A program made the position numbers and the translations under genes. DNA of 46,060 nt from Basidioascus undulatus (lineage: Eukaryota), in the NCBI GenBank assembly GCA_000826855.1, contig JTLS01000020.1:1-46060 (forward strand), written 5' to 3'. Positions 21,957 to 34,563 of the stretch are shown here, piece by piece; positions within the stretch are counted from its first letter, which is position 1; the number at the start of each line of letters is the position of its first letter. Under the pieces are notes generated by a model. That model saw only the letters and a list, made by a program, of their open reading frames with translations. It searched no databases and was not told the DNA's origin.

Positions 21957-24277
21957 ATGGTCGTGCGTCTTCGTTTGCCTCCTCGCCTCATACACTGCGA
22001 CAAACCTCGCTGAGCGGATGGAATGGCGATGTGCGCGCGAGCAGAACCTCACGTACGGAGTCATCACCTCGTCCGACTCTGACACTACCGCCGTCATCGC
22101 CGCCAACGGCACGGTGAGTTCTCGCAGCGATTAGAGGTGTCTGGCTGGGAAAAGGAAGACGCTGAGGCCTATGTCGGTGCCTGGTTGGGCAGGACCTGAT
22201 CGCCACTGATTCAGGTATGTCTCGTCCGCCCTTCATCGCCTGGTGTTCACTGATTATATAACGCTCTGTCTGCAGATGGAGTTATTGCCTCTTATGCGCC
22301 TGGCGACATCGCGTGGATGCTGATCTGTACAGCCCTCGTCTGGTCCGTCTCGCTCAGCCGCCCCAGTGCCCACGCATCATGTTGTCTAACCCTCCTTCCC
22401 CATTCAGGTTAATGATTCCCGGGCTGGGATTCCTGTACTCCGGTCTAGCACGACGCAAGAACGCGCTCAACCTCCTCTTCCTCTGCTGTCCGTCGCTACT
22501 CTCGTCCCCCGTCTTCTTCGCAAGCACCCACTCACCCTCCCTCGCCTATCCACCCACCTACAGTCGTCTCCGTCGCGATCGTCTCCTTCCAATGGTTCTT
22601 CTGGGGATACTCCCTCGCCTTCTCCGAATCAGGCGGCACCTTCTTCGGGAACCTCAGGCACTTTGGGTTCATGGGCGTGCTCGAGCAGCCCGTCTCCGCG
22701 GCAAACGGCAAGATCCCCATGATCGTCTTTGCCATCTACCAGTGCATGTTCGCGTCCCTCGTTCCGGCGATAGTGCGTCTCTTGCATTGCCCCTCATCCT
22801 CAGCCCTGATCCCTGATCTTCACCAACCCGCATCGCAACAGCTCATTGGTGCCGCCGCTGAGCGCTCGCGCACGCTCCCCGCGATGGTGTTCATGTTCGT
22901 GTGGACCACGCTGTGCTACGACCCTCTTGTCTGGTCCGTCCTCCCTCCCACAACTCCCCTCACTCTGCCCGACTCACACCCCACGCGTTTTCCCACAGCT
23001 GGATCTGGGCTCCGAACGGGTGGGCGTACAAGTGGGGCGTGCTCGACTACGCCGGCGGCGTGCCCGTCGAGATCGCGTCCGGTACCGCCGGCCTCGTCTA
23101 CTCGATTTTCATCGGCCGCCGGCGCGGGTACGGCACCGAGAAGGTCCTGTTCAAGCCACACAACGTCTCGCACATCGTCATCGGCACGGTCCTGCTCTGG
23201 GCGGGGTGGCTCGGTGCGTTGAGTTCACACTTTCTTATTTCACCAATGTTTTGGCTAACTTACTTTGGCCGAAGGCTTCAACGGCGGCTCGACTTTCGCT
23301 GCTAACCTTCGGGCGGCCATGTCCATCGTGACTACCAACCTCGCCGGGAGCATGGGCGCCCTGACCTGGATGATCCTCGACTTCCGGCTCGAGCGCAAGT
23401 GGTCCGTTGTCGGTTTCTGCACGGGTGCTATCTGCGGTCTCGTCGCTATCGTGGGTTCTTTCTCTCTGTAGATTGACAGTTTTCGCCTGCTCACAGAGTT
23501 TCCCCTCGCCTTCCAGACCCCCGCTGCCGGCTTTGTTGGTGCCCCCGCCGCGGTCCTCATCGGCGTCGTCGCCTCGGCCTGCTGTAACTGGGCGACGCGC
23601 CTGAAGAACGTCGCCGGGATCGACGATGTCATGGACATTTTCGCCTGTCACGGTCTCGCCGGCGTCGTCGGCACCTTCCTCACCGGCATCTTCGCGCAGG
23701 CGTCCGTCGCGAACAACGACGCGTTCCAAGACATTCCGGGGGGGTGGCTTGACGGAAATTGGGTGCAATTGGGCAAGCAGGTGGCGTGGATCTGCGTTGG
23801 GTTCGGGTGGACGTGCGTCCCTTCTCCTTCCCGTTCTCGATCCCCGCAGATTTGCTGACTGACACTGGGGACTGTTACAGGTTTGTCGTCACCTACGCCA
23901 TCATGTTCGTGATCGACAAGATCCCCGGGCTGCACTTCCGCTCGTCGGAGGAGGCGGAGATCATCGGCCTGGACGAGGCGGAGCACGGCGAGTTTTCGGC
24001 GGACTACGTCGAGCTGCGCCGGCACGCGGAGGACCAGTACTGGGGCGGGGTGGGCGAGGGTGTGCGCGGTGGCGCGGGCGGCGCGGGCGTCGGCAACCTC
24101 AGCCGGCAGCAGAGCCGCGCGAGCGCCGTGCACGAGGCGGGCGAAACGACGAGCAGCGAGCGAGACCTCGAGAAGGAGAAGAGCCATGCAGCTGTCCAGC
24201 TGCCCAGGCATGTGCCTGGCACGGGCGAGGAGGAGGTCAACGTTACCGACCCACAACGGCCAGGCGTTCGGGTCTGA
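21957..24277 (+). CDS. Ammonium transporter (Amt/Mep family), multi-exon
   Basis: MV|NLTYG start. Motifs GDIAWMLICTALVW|LMIPGLGFLYSGLARRKNAL, FQWFFWGYSLAFS, YQCMFA, GAAAER, GVLDYAGGVPVEIASG, KPHN, W.GFNGGS, GLVAITP.AGFV, DDVMDIFACHG, EAEIIGLDEAEHGE. Includes a 22-nt exon at 22193-22214. Confidence 0.95.
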
Positions 24278-25428
24278 CGTGGTTCCTTTTTTTTTTCTTT
24301 CCTCCTGCATTTTCGGTCGTCATCCCTCTCCGCTTCGCTTTTGCCCTGCCCTGCCCTCCCCTTCTATCCCCCTTATCCTGTTGAACCTTCATTAAACCAT
24401 CCTTCCTCTTTGGCATCATTCCTCCTGTTCACATCCCTCATTTTTAACATCCCGATCCGCGCTCTAATCGGAATACATCCCCTTCATTATTTCTTCCTTT
24501 CCGCCTTCTCAAAACCCGCACCGCACCGCATCCGCTGTTCGCACCGCGTCACATCACACCCCTTGTAGTGACTCCCCTACGCATATGTATAATCTAGTTC
24601 TAGATAGAAACGAAAGAGAGATAAGACGAAGCTGAAATTGCTTGCTTGGGTGCTTTGCCTGGCCGTTGAAGAACGTGAGCTTGCGACAGTGTCGCCTTTG
24701 CAGTTGTGCAGATGAATTCGGCTCACAGCAGGCTGTCACGTAGCTAACATTGCTGAAGGCAAAGCCTCGGTTAAGCAAGTTTCTGAGCAGTCAGTTTGCC
24801 TCGCAGCGGAAGGGCGCCGCCATCTGAGTACTGCTTGGAGAAGCGGAAACGTGGTTCTCTGAATCTCGTCTCTTACTTGCACAACTGTTTTTCAAAAGAA
24901 CCAAATCTTTCTCATATTCTGGTTCCGAAGTTTTCACCGTGACAAGGGTCTATCCACGATTACAGGCCGGGGAAAGCAGCGCCGGCTCATGCAAAGCTCG
25001 AGCTCCTACACTCATGCGATGCGATTGGAGAATGCCCAGGCCTCGATCTGTGGTAGGCTGGATCCTTCGTCAACGCTGCATAAGCATCACGTAATACTCT
25101 TTAACCTTCAGGCCGCACGGCGATAACTCCTCCGCAGCGCATTGCACGGCGGCGTCGACACTGGGCAGCGTGCACTAACCGACGTACCGTTCCTGCCTCT
25201 CACGGTCCCTTTGCTCTATCCCACTTCTGAAAGTACTCCGTCAAGGCCACGATGTGCAACGACAAGCTGGAGTGGAAGCTGTGTCGGCTTCGCGAGGAAG
25301 CAGTCGCGAGCGACTGAATCGACTGGCGGAGGAGGGGCCTAGGCCGCCAGGCCCGCAGGGTAAGAAACTACATACGACACACGGGCAGGCCATGCACAAT
25401 AACACCCAAAAATCTCTACACCGCCGCT

Positions 25429-26715
25429 TTATCGAAAGACTAGCACGACACAAGTCAAGTCATCCCCCGGCCTCTTCCCTGCCTCCAGTATCCGCTGCAG
25501 CACAAACTCCGACACATTCTCTTCCTTTCCGCCCCTTTCCAACCCATCCATCACCGCCCGCACGGCCCACTCGTCCGAGACGAGATCCCACAGCCCGTCG
25601 CTGCCGACGACGATGAAGCGATTACGACCCCCCTCGAGCGGATGGCGCGTCGTCACCTCCGGAGTCGAGCTCAGGTACGGCGGCGTGCGGTAGTGCCCGA
25701 AGAGGACTCGGTGTTGGTCCGCGAGCAACATCTGGCCAGGTGGTGTGAGGAAGGGGTGGCCGAGGACTTTGAAGGTGTAGGAGGTGTCGTGGAGCTTGAA
25801 ATAGGCGTCGCCGAATGCTGGAGGGAAGGAAGGGGGGCATTTAATTCGGTTAGCACCATGCCGATGCTTAATTGAATTTACGCACAGCGGGTGACGGCTA
25901 TCAGACCCAACACGCGCCCGCCCATGATGACAGTGTCGTCCTCCCCGGGGTGCTCGTTACGCAGCCGCGCTACCTCGAGCGGATCTTTAACGTTCAAGTC
26001 CCGGGTGAGCGGCACGGCTTCTACGCGGCCTTCGGCGTCCATCTGTCCCAGAACTGTGGACAAGGAGGAGTTCAGTACGTTCAGAAAGAAAGGCGGGGCG
26101 AAGAAACGCGGCGTAGCTCACCAGCGCGGCAATCGCCCAAGTTGGCCAAATACACCGCCGTCCCGTCCTTCCCACCGACCACGTAGACACCCAGCGCGGT
26201 CGAGCCGCACTTTGCTCTCCGAGCGCGCTCGAGTACGTTAGCGTCTCTCAGCGCTTTAGTGACCGCGGCGGGCGAGGGTAGCTGGTTCGAACCGAAGCGG
26301 CGTAGCAGCTTGGGTAGAGAGGGCTCAAAGTCGCGCTGAAACGAAGACAGAATGCTCTCGTCCAGGTCGGTGAAGGTTTTCATAAGGTGAGAGGTCACCG
26401 CGTCTGCAGGTGAGGTTGACTGAGGAGGGTGGGAGAGGACGGCAGCGGGGAGAGTCTGGGAGACATAGGCGGCGGTCGCAGCACCGTGGTGGCCTGAAGA
26501 CGTGGAAGGGAGTTCAATTAACTTCTTGGAGAAAAGACATTCACTGTCGGCATACCGTCGTATACACCTACAAACAGCCTGCCGTCCTGCGTCTGGTCCA
26601 CGGAGAGGCGGTCCTCGATCGGGCGATTGGTGGGCTGATACTGGACGGCGTGCACTTGTCGGACAGCGCACTCCGAGGACGCAATGTTGTACACTGCGCG
26701 ACTAGCTACGGCCAT
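25429..26715 (-). CDS. PP2C-family Ser/Thr phosphatase (PDP/Ptc5-like), 4 exons
   Basis: PIEDR, VGVYDG|H.G, CGSTAL, ANLGDCRA|VLG, EHPGE, GRVLGLIAVTR|AFGD, TPPYLSSTPEV, GSDGLWD, GDDLTCVV. Confidence 0.88.
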
Positions 26716-27414
26716 TAAATGAGAAAGAAACCGGCGGCGGTGGTGATGGTCTCGCGTAAATGAGGGAAGGAGGTGCAGCGTCCTGACCCCACGAACGCCA
26801 TACTGTGGCAGTGTTGCCGACGCCAAACAAGAGAATAATGCTCTTCCTCCTCGCTTCCAGGTTGCGGATGAAGTATTGCGCAGTTTCTGATAGTTTACCT
26901 TGTGTTAATGCATAAATGGGACCCTATTTTCCCCAGCTGCGTAACTGGAGATAATAACGTCTGAAGCCGATTTTGCTGTTTTTCAGCTCTCTCGTGCTTG
27001 AGCACTTTGCTCGGTTAGGAGGAAGAGGCTGCGGAAAACCGCCACAACTACTTCAGACACTCTCTTGGAAATGACAGCCTGACCCAGCCGAACCTGACCC
27101 AGCCGAGCACCGAGTTGCGCCGCTAAGGGTGCCCAAAGTCCAATACTTCGAGCAGCTCTATGGACGCTCTGCCTCATTTCATGGCCTCCTCAAAGTATGA
27201 CTCAATTTTCAATTGAATACCAAGACCTCCGTAGAGCATTGTAGTCATTTTATGAAAGGCGATTACCGTGTGCGTGCCTATCGTGCGGAATCTTTCGTGG
27301 GTAGCACGCTTTCTGTTCACAACAACCAGTTAAATATGATCGTCCAAGATGCGTTGTGAATTTCCTCCCGAACATTTCAGCCATCGGCAGAAGCCGAACC
27401 GACCCCGGCCACTC

Positions 27415-27669
27415 TCAGTCCAACAAGTCCGGCAGCCCTTCCAAATACGCCCCCGAATTCACCAGCGGATACTGTGCCCTTTCGGGGCTCGGGTCCTCCC
27501 CATCCCACAACAACCGGTCCTCCAACCTGTCCCATACCGACTTGCGCGACTTGAGTTGTGCCAACAGCAGGTGCCCCTCGAAAGCATGAACCACGATGTC
27601 CGGCCGCAGTCGAACTGCAATGAGCGCAGGACATCTTAAAGGAGGGGAGAGCATGCTTGGCGGGATCAA
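27415..27669 (-). pseudogene. Possible C-terminal relic of the F-box/LRR-like family
   Basis: WDRLEDRLLWDGEDPSPERA resembles the end of the 4574-5527 copy (WMKENVLDGTLWDGEYMSPEEA). No N-terminal part is adjacent. Confidence 0.35.
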
Positions 27670-28384
27670 CCAAGTCCTGCTCCCATACTATGTGAACACA
27701 ACGGTAACCTGAAGCGTGTTAAAGTGCAATTTGGTGTTCGTTCAGCCAGTCGCGGGAGGACTGCGACGTTGGGGCTGGCTCTGCAAGATTCGCACTCAAA
27801 TGTTGGACCTGTACCTTGAGCGAATTAAGATACTTTGAAATGGTTGGTCTGTTATGAGCGAAGGGTGGTGTCCAAGATGAGTGTCTGCAGGGGGCTCGTT
27901 GGTAGGTGTCAAAACGAGACTTGAAACGTTGGAGTCTTCCCAGTCCTGCAAGGTCACTGCCCCTGGATAGTACTGACGACGATACTCTGTTCTTTCACAA
28001 AGCGCATTTTGGTAGTAGTCCGAGGGTCACCGGGGCTGTAGCATCTGCTCTGACAGTATCGCTATCGACAGAATCGCGGACGTATCTGCAACGTGCCGCA
28101 CCACAGAGCCGTCCGGCACCGAACTTGAAGGAGACAAGGTCGATGGAGTGGGCCACCCGGTTCTTATTCTGTGCAACCTGCATGGCCTGATCAGCTCCGG
28201 TGACGAGCGTGATCAGGAGCCAAAGGCCACCGCAGCGCTGCAATAGCCCCGTTCAGGCCTAGTTGCAATCAAGGAACACCCCTGCTGATCCTCATTTCAG
28301 AACTTTGCCCTGAGCGACTTAAAAAGAGATCATCCATCAATGTTTTTGGACTGTCTTATATCCCTTCAAGTCTTTTCTTGCAAG

Positions 28385-29598
28385 ATGCTGTTCGCCCCTC
28401 GTCCGCTCGCCTTCGCCGTCGGCGTTGCCCTTCTCCTTACCTCCCCCTCCTACGCTTCCCCGATGCGCTCGCACACTCACGATCGCCGAACGTTTGGTGA
28501 AAACTCTTGGGCCAGTGATGCCTGCGGTCACTTTAAGGGTAAGTCCCACTGCACATACAAGTAGCTAGAATGCGGATGGTTGACCCAAACTGATGTGCGA
28601 GCGCGTGGGTAGACTTGAACCTCCTCGGGAAGACGTACTCCTGTGGCGAAGGGTTTTGGCCTGCGCCTCGGAAATCCCGGACAAGAGAATATTCCATCAT
28701 GAGAACCTCAAGTCCTCCTCTTGAGCTCGTTGGCAAGGCCTACAAAGAGGAGGAGTGCAGTTTTTCGGAGAAGCACGCTATCTGGCCCGCCGGGGGCGTG
28801 TTCGAGGCCGGCTTGTGCACCTTGGCAAAGGATATCGTCAAAAAGTTGACCTGCAATTCGGTACGCCTGCTGATCTGGTCTCCCACACAGACCATCCCAT
28901 GCTAACGCTTCGTGATGCAGCTCTCGGGACACTCGAGCGGTCGCCAATGCTCTTTCTCGCATTTCTCGTGGGTCTTTCGTAAAACTATTTGCTGTTTACC
29001 CTTTTGGAAAGTCGAAACGCTCACCATCAATCCTCTCATAGCTATTGGCGGTGCTAGAGAACCCTTGCGGCTTCGACTGCCATGAGGGGTACCAAAAAGC
29101 AAGTCTAGCGTTGCAAATTGCCTTCCTCTGCCTGTCTATGCGCTGATTTCCCACACAGTGCGGTAACAAGTGCCCGACGACCTGCTGCTCCCAGTCTCTT
29201 GGCCGCCGCAACGCGCCCCAGAACGTCCTCCATGGCGCGGCCTACCCCGACCGCCAGACCCTTTGCCCCATCTCCGGCCTTTCGGGCGGTTACGAGTGCC
29301 TCAACACAGCCGTGAATGCTTCTTTTCTGTATCTTTCAATACTCCAAGCCTGAACTCCTCCAACTCAGTCCAACGTCGAAGCATGCGGTGGTTGCCTTGG
29401 CGTTTCCGGCATCGACTGCACCGCCATTGACGGAGCCCTCGCGCCTCTTGCGTCGAGGGCGAGTGCGTCGTCACGAGCTGCAACAACGGGTTCACCCTTA
29501 GGAACGGCAGCTGCCTTCGCTCATCGAGCCGCCGCAAGCCAGTGCCGTCTTTTTCTGTGGCCGAGCAACACACCCCTTTCTTCCCATTGCTCAACTGA
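28385..29598 (+). pseudogene. Secreted Cys-rich CPL1/PriA-like protein, copy A (disrupted)
   Basis: Signal peptide MLFAPRPLAFAVGVALLLTSPSYA. Same exon pattern as 31422-32631. CPL1-type GYECLNT..NVEACGGC..DCTAIDGA..SCVEGECVVTSC. Frameshifted segment in exon 2, TGC-TAG stop near 29055 and further shifts. Confidence 0.75.
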
Positions 29599-30151
29599 AG
29601 GCCTTTTTCTTGGTTTGCGCTTTCTCATTTTCAGCTTAAGTATTTTATCCCAGAAATATTTTATATGTACAAACCATCATTTCGCTTCCAAGGCCATTAA
29701 CCTTCCGACACTCGTTTTGCTCGCGACCACCTTCACTCCTCGCTTGTTTTGCTGCCAATGGGTACGAGAGAGGGCATTGCGATGATTCTTTGCAAACTGA
29801 GAGTTGATGAACCTTCTTCGTGATCGGAAAGGACACGGCTCCGCTCTGCGAGTGCTGGCTAGCCCTGCTGACTCGCAGTCGCAGAAGTTGGCGCGACACG
29901 AACTAGAAACACCGGAAGGGGGAATCAACATGAGCAATGACAACTTAATAACCTTCTGGACCTGTAGAGCGTTGTGGCATTGGTGTGTATCTCGCTGCTC
30001 ACGGCCACGCCTGTGCCGGTCAACCTTCCGGCAGCCGCCCACACACTACGTAAAGCGCACGTCGGGCACCCTTTCTCTCCCCTTTTTCGCCCACAAATAT
30101 TTCCTCATCCCACACGGCTATCAACCTTCCATTCGCTCGTAGTCGCTCACA

Positions 30152-30965
30152 ATGCCCGCATTCGTGCCCTTCGACGTCGTCGTGCACATTGTTTCGCTTC
30201 TCGCCCAGCCGTCGCATCCGATCGCATATGGACACCCGCAGGACGTGCTCGACGCTCTCATTGCCCTCACTCTGGTATCGAAGGAGGTAAGGGACCTGGC
30301 CGTTCCTCACCTTTTTCACACGGACCATGCACTCAATTCTCTCGCGTCATCGTCGCATCTGCATCACGTCGAATCACTTTCCGCCCAACTCGGAATGGCC
30401 CATTGAGATCAATCTTTTCGAACGCAAAATCTCACACATTCTCAAGGAAATGGCTCCCTCTCTGCGTCGCCTTGTGGTCGACAGCGGCAAATCTGCTTCA
30501 CCTCAGCCAGGTTCCACTCCCGAACCAGCCTCGTATGGGGATCTCTGGGTGATATAAAGCTGGAAGAGTAGGTCTTGGGTCCTCGCGAATGTCGCCGACT
30601 CCTCGCACGCAAGGCGGGAAATGTCGGTGGTTTACGGCTCTGTCTTGGCAACAAGCAACGTTGCAACGGCTTTTCCTATCGATGTCCGGCAAGTAAAGGA
30701 TAGACAAAGCTCTTCTTCGCACGGCCTGCAGCTTCAGCGCCCTCACGCATCTCGTCCTCGATTTAACTCGTCATGCTCTGGACTCGCACTGGGACATCGG
30801 CCAGGCACTTGCCGACCTTGCGCGTGTGAGCAAGAGTAAAGCTCTATGTCGCATCTTCTGTTTGTCAAGGAAAATATGCCGCCCGAGCGTCTAATGTGCA
30901 CGATCGCACGGCATCGCCTGCTACCGGTGCGCTGTTCTGCTCGGGAGCAGAGGACATGCATGTAG
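30152..30965 (+). pseudogene. F-box/LRR-like family copy 2, frameshifted
   Basis: MPAFVPFDVVVHIVSLLAQPSHPIAYG...LIALTLVSKEV...PHLFHT. Continuation (LKEMAPSLRRLVVD, FSALTHLVLD) is in other frames with stops. 3' end approximate. Confidence 0.7.
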
Positions 30966-31421
30966 AGGCCGAAAATGTGCGACAGCTTCAGCGGCTTGAT
31001 GTGTAGAAAAAGCAACACAATATCCAAAAAAAGGCACTGTGCGACCAATGTCTACACCAGTACCAGAAGTCGCAGGTCAGGCCTCGATACCGCAACTGAA
31101 CATGCGTGCTTCCGGCCTGAGCTAGCGTCGGAGCAAATTGAACAATACGTTGTATTTACAGCACTGAAATCTCTGGAGCACGCTTGCACAAGCAGACAAT
31201 GAGATGTATGCCAAACCCTGTAATAAACGAAGGATGGGATGCAAGCGAGTGGACGACCACAACTATGGTGGGTACGAAAGAGCGACTGTGTCTAAAACGT
31301 TAGAGGGGCAGCTTTAATGGAGCGAACCGAAAGTCGGTGACCAAGCACTATCAATGTATTGTTCCTTTAAAAAGAGATGATTCCGAGGGCGGTGCTCTAG
31401 CGGAGGCAACGGACGCTGCGC

Positions 31422-32631
31422 CTAGACGCGGCGGGCTCGGCGGTGACGCGAGGACCGCAAGCAGGTGCCATTCTTGAGCTTGAACCCATTGCTGCAGTTC
31501 GTAATGATGCACTCGCCCTGGACGCAAGAGACCGCACGCGCTCCGTCGATCGCAGTGCAGTCGGTGGCGTCGACCCCAGCGCACCCGCCGCACGACTCCA
31601 GGTCGGACTGGTCGGGGTATGGGAGAGTTAGCTTCAACGACGGTTCAGGAGTTGAGAGAAAGACAATCACGCACGGTCGTGTCGAGGCACTCATACCCGC
31701 CAGACGAGTCAAAGAGGGGGCATAGAGTGCGGTTCTCCGGGCATGCCGCCCCGCCCAACGCGTTCTTAGGAAGGTTGCGGCGGCCAAGAGCCTTCGAGCT
31801 GCAATGAAGCGAGCAGGTGTCGCCACACTGGATTGAAAGAGTATGACTTGGAATGCCTCACATTCGATGTGAATTTGAGGATCAAGCTCACCTTCTGATA
31901 AGGGAACGGACATTCGAAGTCGCAGGGGTTCAACCTAGAGCATCGGCGGATGCTGAAAGTATCGGGTGAGGTCAGATTCATCTTTACGCATGCATCATGT
32001 CCAAACGGACTGCTTGTGGCACTCACGAGAAAGGCCAGAAGGAGCACTTGTGGCCGTTGGAGTGTCCGGACATCTAGATAATGGTGGAGGAAGTCAGAAC
32101 GAAGTAGTGACCAAACGCGCACATTGTTAGGCTCACCGAGTTGCAGGTCATGTTCTTCAACAGATCGTGGGTGAGCGTGCACGAGCCCCCCTCGAAGAAC
32201 CCTCCAGCATCCCAGATCGCTTTCTTCTGCCCCGCACTACACTCGTACTCCTTGTACGTCCTCCCGACCAAAGCCGAGACCCCGGAGGAGTTGAAGTGTT
32301 CGAACTGGAATATGCCTCGAGTCTTGATCTCCGAGACGCATGCCGCAAGGCCGCTGCGGAAGGAAAACGTCGAGCCGAAGATGTCCAAGCCTGGCATCCG
32401 CCGTCGAACATCAGAACGTCGTCTACTCCTCCCGTGTCCGCCGAGCCCAGTTCAACCACCCTCGAAAGGTGACTTACTCTCAAAAGTACCACAAGTGTCG
32501 CTGATGCGCTCCAATTCGCCGAAGGTACGGCGACTCTCCGTGTGAGAGCCAGTTGGCGAAGCTTGAGAAGGAGTGAGGAGGAGAACGGCGGCCGCGGCGG
32601 CCAGGGAAACGGAGGGGGTGGAAAAGAGCAT
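31422..32631 (-). CDS. Secreted Cys-rich protein with C-terminal CPL1/PriA-like domain, copy B (intact), 6 exons
   Basis: Signal peptide MLFSTPSVSLAAAAAVLLLTPSQA. Introns 32477-32391, 32136-32074, 32026-31953, 31891-31828 and 31674-31608 give an open frame. C-terminus CPENRTLCP..GYECLDTT|SDLESCGGC..DCTAIDGARAVSCVQGECIITNCSNGF. Confidence 0.85.
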
Positions 32632-32923
32632 TTCGAATAACAGAAGCGGGAAACAGAGGTGGTGAGGGAGAGGATGGTAAAGGAGATGGGGCGACGACAA
32701 CAATGCAAGGGGAACCACCTCCTCACCACCGGAGGGACGTTCGGGGCGCTGACCACTCGTGTACCGTCCGCAAAGCAAAGAGACTGGAGTTTTATGTATA
32801 TATCTGCGACCCTTTTGCAATATGTTGGAATGTGATGCTCTTCCAGCAGGGCGGGCGTTGAAGGTGTTCCCTGTTTCAGAACAGCGGTCCGCTCTGCTCG
32901 TGTTCCTATCGCTGTGCCTCGTG

Positions 32924-32963
32924 CACACATATAGATAGAGCAACACACATATAGATAGAGCAA
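32924..32963. repeat. Perfect 20-bp tandem duplication upstream of CPL1-like copy B
   Basis: cacacatatagatagagcaa x2. Confidence 0.85.
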
Positions 32964-33589
32964 CCTCGACACTCTTAAACATGGAGTATGTGTTGGTCTC
33001 CAGATCACGAGCATTTACAGGTTTACGGTCAGCCTTTAAAACGGAGCGTGCTGAGTGGCACTCCAAATGGCTGTGCGGAATGCAATCCTCAAATGCAATC
33101 ATGGGCGTTGCCTGAGCCTTGTCACGATTGTCCCAGATACGATAGTCTTGCCGAGGTTGGAGCGGCCGCATTAGTCCGCACAACAGGGGCGGCGGACGCC
33201 TTCCCCTGTTGAACGAAAACAGCGCGGGTTCTGAAGGTTGACAACGGTACTACCGGAGCTCGGAAGCTTCGACACTTCACTCAACCACGGTCCCCGAGAC
33301 CTTGCAGCGCAGCGCACCTTCCACTCGTCAAGTATTTTTCATCAAATCAGTTTGTTCTTTAATTCTGATGGATAAGCTTGGTTTTCGAGGGCTTCAGCGA
33401 CGAGCTCTCACCGCGGTAGTCGATATCCCAGCTGCGCGTGTCTGCCTCAAAAGGGGCCAGTAGTCGTGAACTTACGGACAAAGTACTCTGCATAACTAGT
33501 GGGCGTCTTTGATACAAACCAGCCTCAGATATTCAAAATAAGTTGTAATGTCCTCTTGCTCGCTGTAGCCCAGGCGATTCCAAACAGTC

Positions 33590-34563
33590 CCGCCGGATTC
33601 GGTCAAGCAAATGCAGTCCCGCCCAGTTCGGACTCCAGCCTTCCTCCTCACACCTCTCCACGGTATAGGATCTGTTCTTCGTCCCATCCCACCGCCTCAC
33701 TCAGTGTCGAGAGTTTGGAGCACGATGTCGATGGTGTAGGGGCCGGCTACTGCCTGCTCAAGGCTGTGAACCTTCTCATCCCATAGGCTTCAGTCGCAAA
33801 AAAACAAGTACAATGCGACATAGAGCTCTGGCGGTGGTCGCGAGATAGACGATTGCCCGGAGAGGTCTTCGTGCCTATTGAGCGTGCAACGAATAAAGCA
33901 AGCGTGAGATGCGTAAGAGCGCTGAATATGCAGGTGTGGCGGAAGAGACTCGGCGAGTCCGACATCGATAGGAACAGCCACTGCAGCGTGGAGGGTCCCC
34001 ACGAGAGAGCCTGAAACCGACCGCATAGGTCGTGTGGCCGCATGATATCCAGCGCGACATGGCCGAACTGCATACGAACTCTATGAGCTTCATACGAGCC
34101 AGCACCTCCCAAACCCATGTCGCTCTGGGCCATTCCGAGCTAAGCTTGAGTTTACGTGAAGGAGAGAAGATCGAGGCATCGCGATGAGCCTGTGCGAGAG
34201 ACATCGCCGTTGATCACAAGCCGACGAACAGTGGGGGTTACCCCTTGGAGGATTTTGTAAAGCTGGCGCGCCAGCCGCTGAGATCGTTCCTCGAAATGGA
34301 CGCCGGTATGGACGCAAAGTGATAGTGACTCGACGTGATGCAAATGCGGCGAGGACGCGAGAGAAGTGAGTGTGGCCGGTGCGGATGCTGAGGGTGCGGT
34401 AAATATGGGGCAGAACTGTGTGCTGGACGTCCTTCGAAACCAAAGGGAGGGTGATGAGGGCATCAAGCACGTCCTGCGTGTATCCGTATGCGAGGGGATG
34501 GGACGGCTCGGCGAGAAGCGAGACGATGTGCACGACGACGTCGAAGGGCACGAAGACGAGCAT
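33590..34563 (-). pseudogene. F-box/LRR-like family copy 3, frameshifted; close paralogue of copy 2
   Basis: MLVFVPFDVVVHIVSLLAEPSHPLAYG...LVSKDVQHTVLPHIYRTL, then shifts to SLASSPHLHHVESLSL..VRRLVING and FSALTHLTL. 3' end approximate. Confidence 0.7.

Noticed and set aside
27078..27107. Direct repeat cctgacccagccga x2 as CRISPR or element terminus
   Set aside because: Only two adjacent units with no spacers, in a eukaryotic context. An ordinary local duplication.
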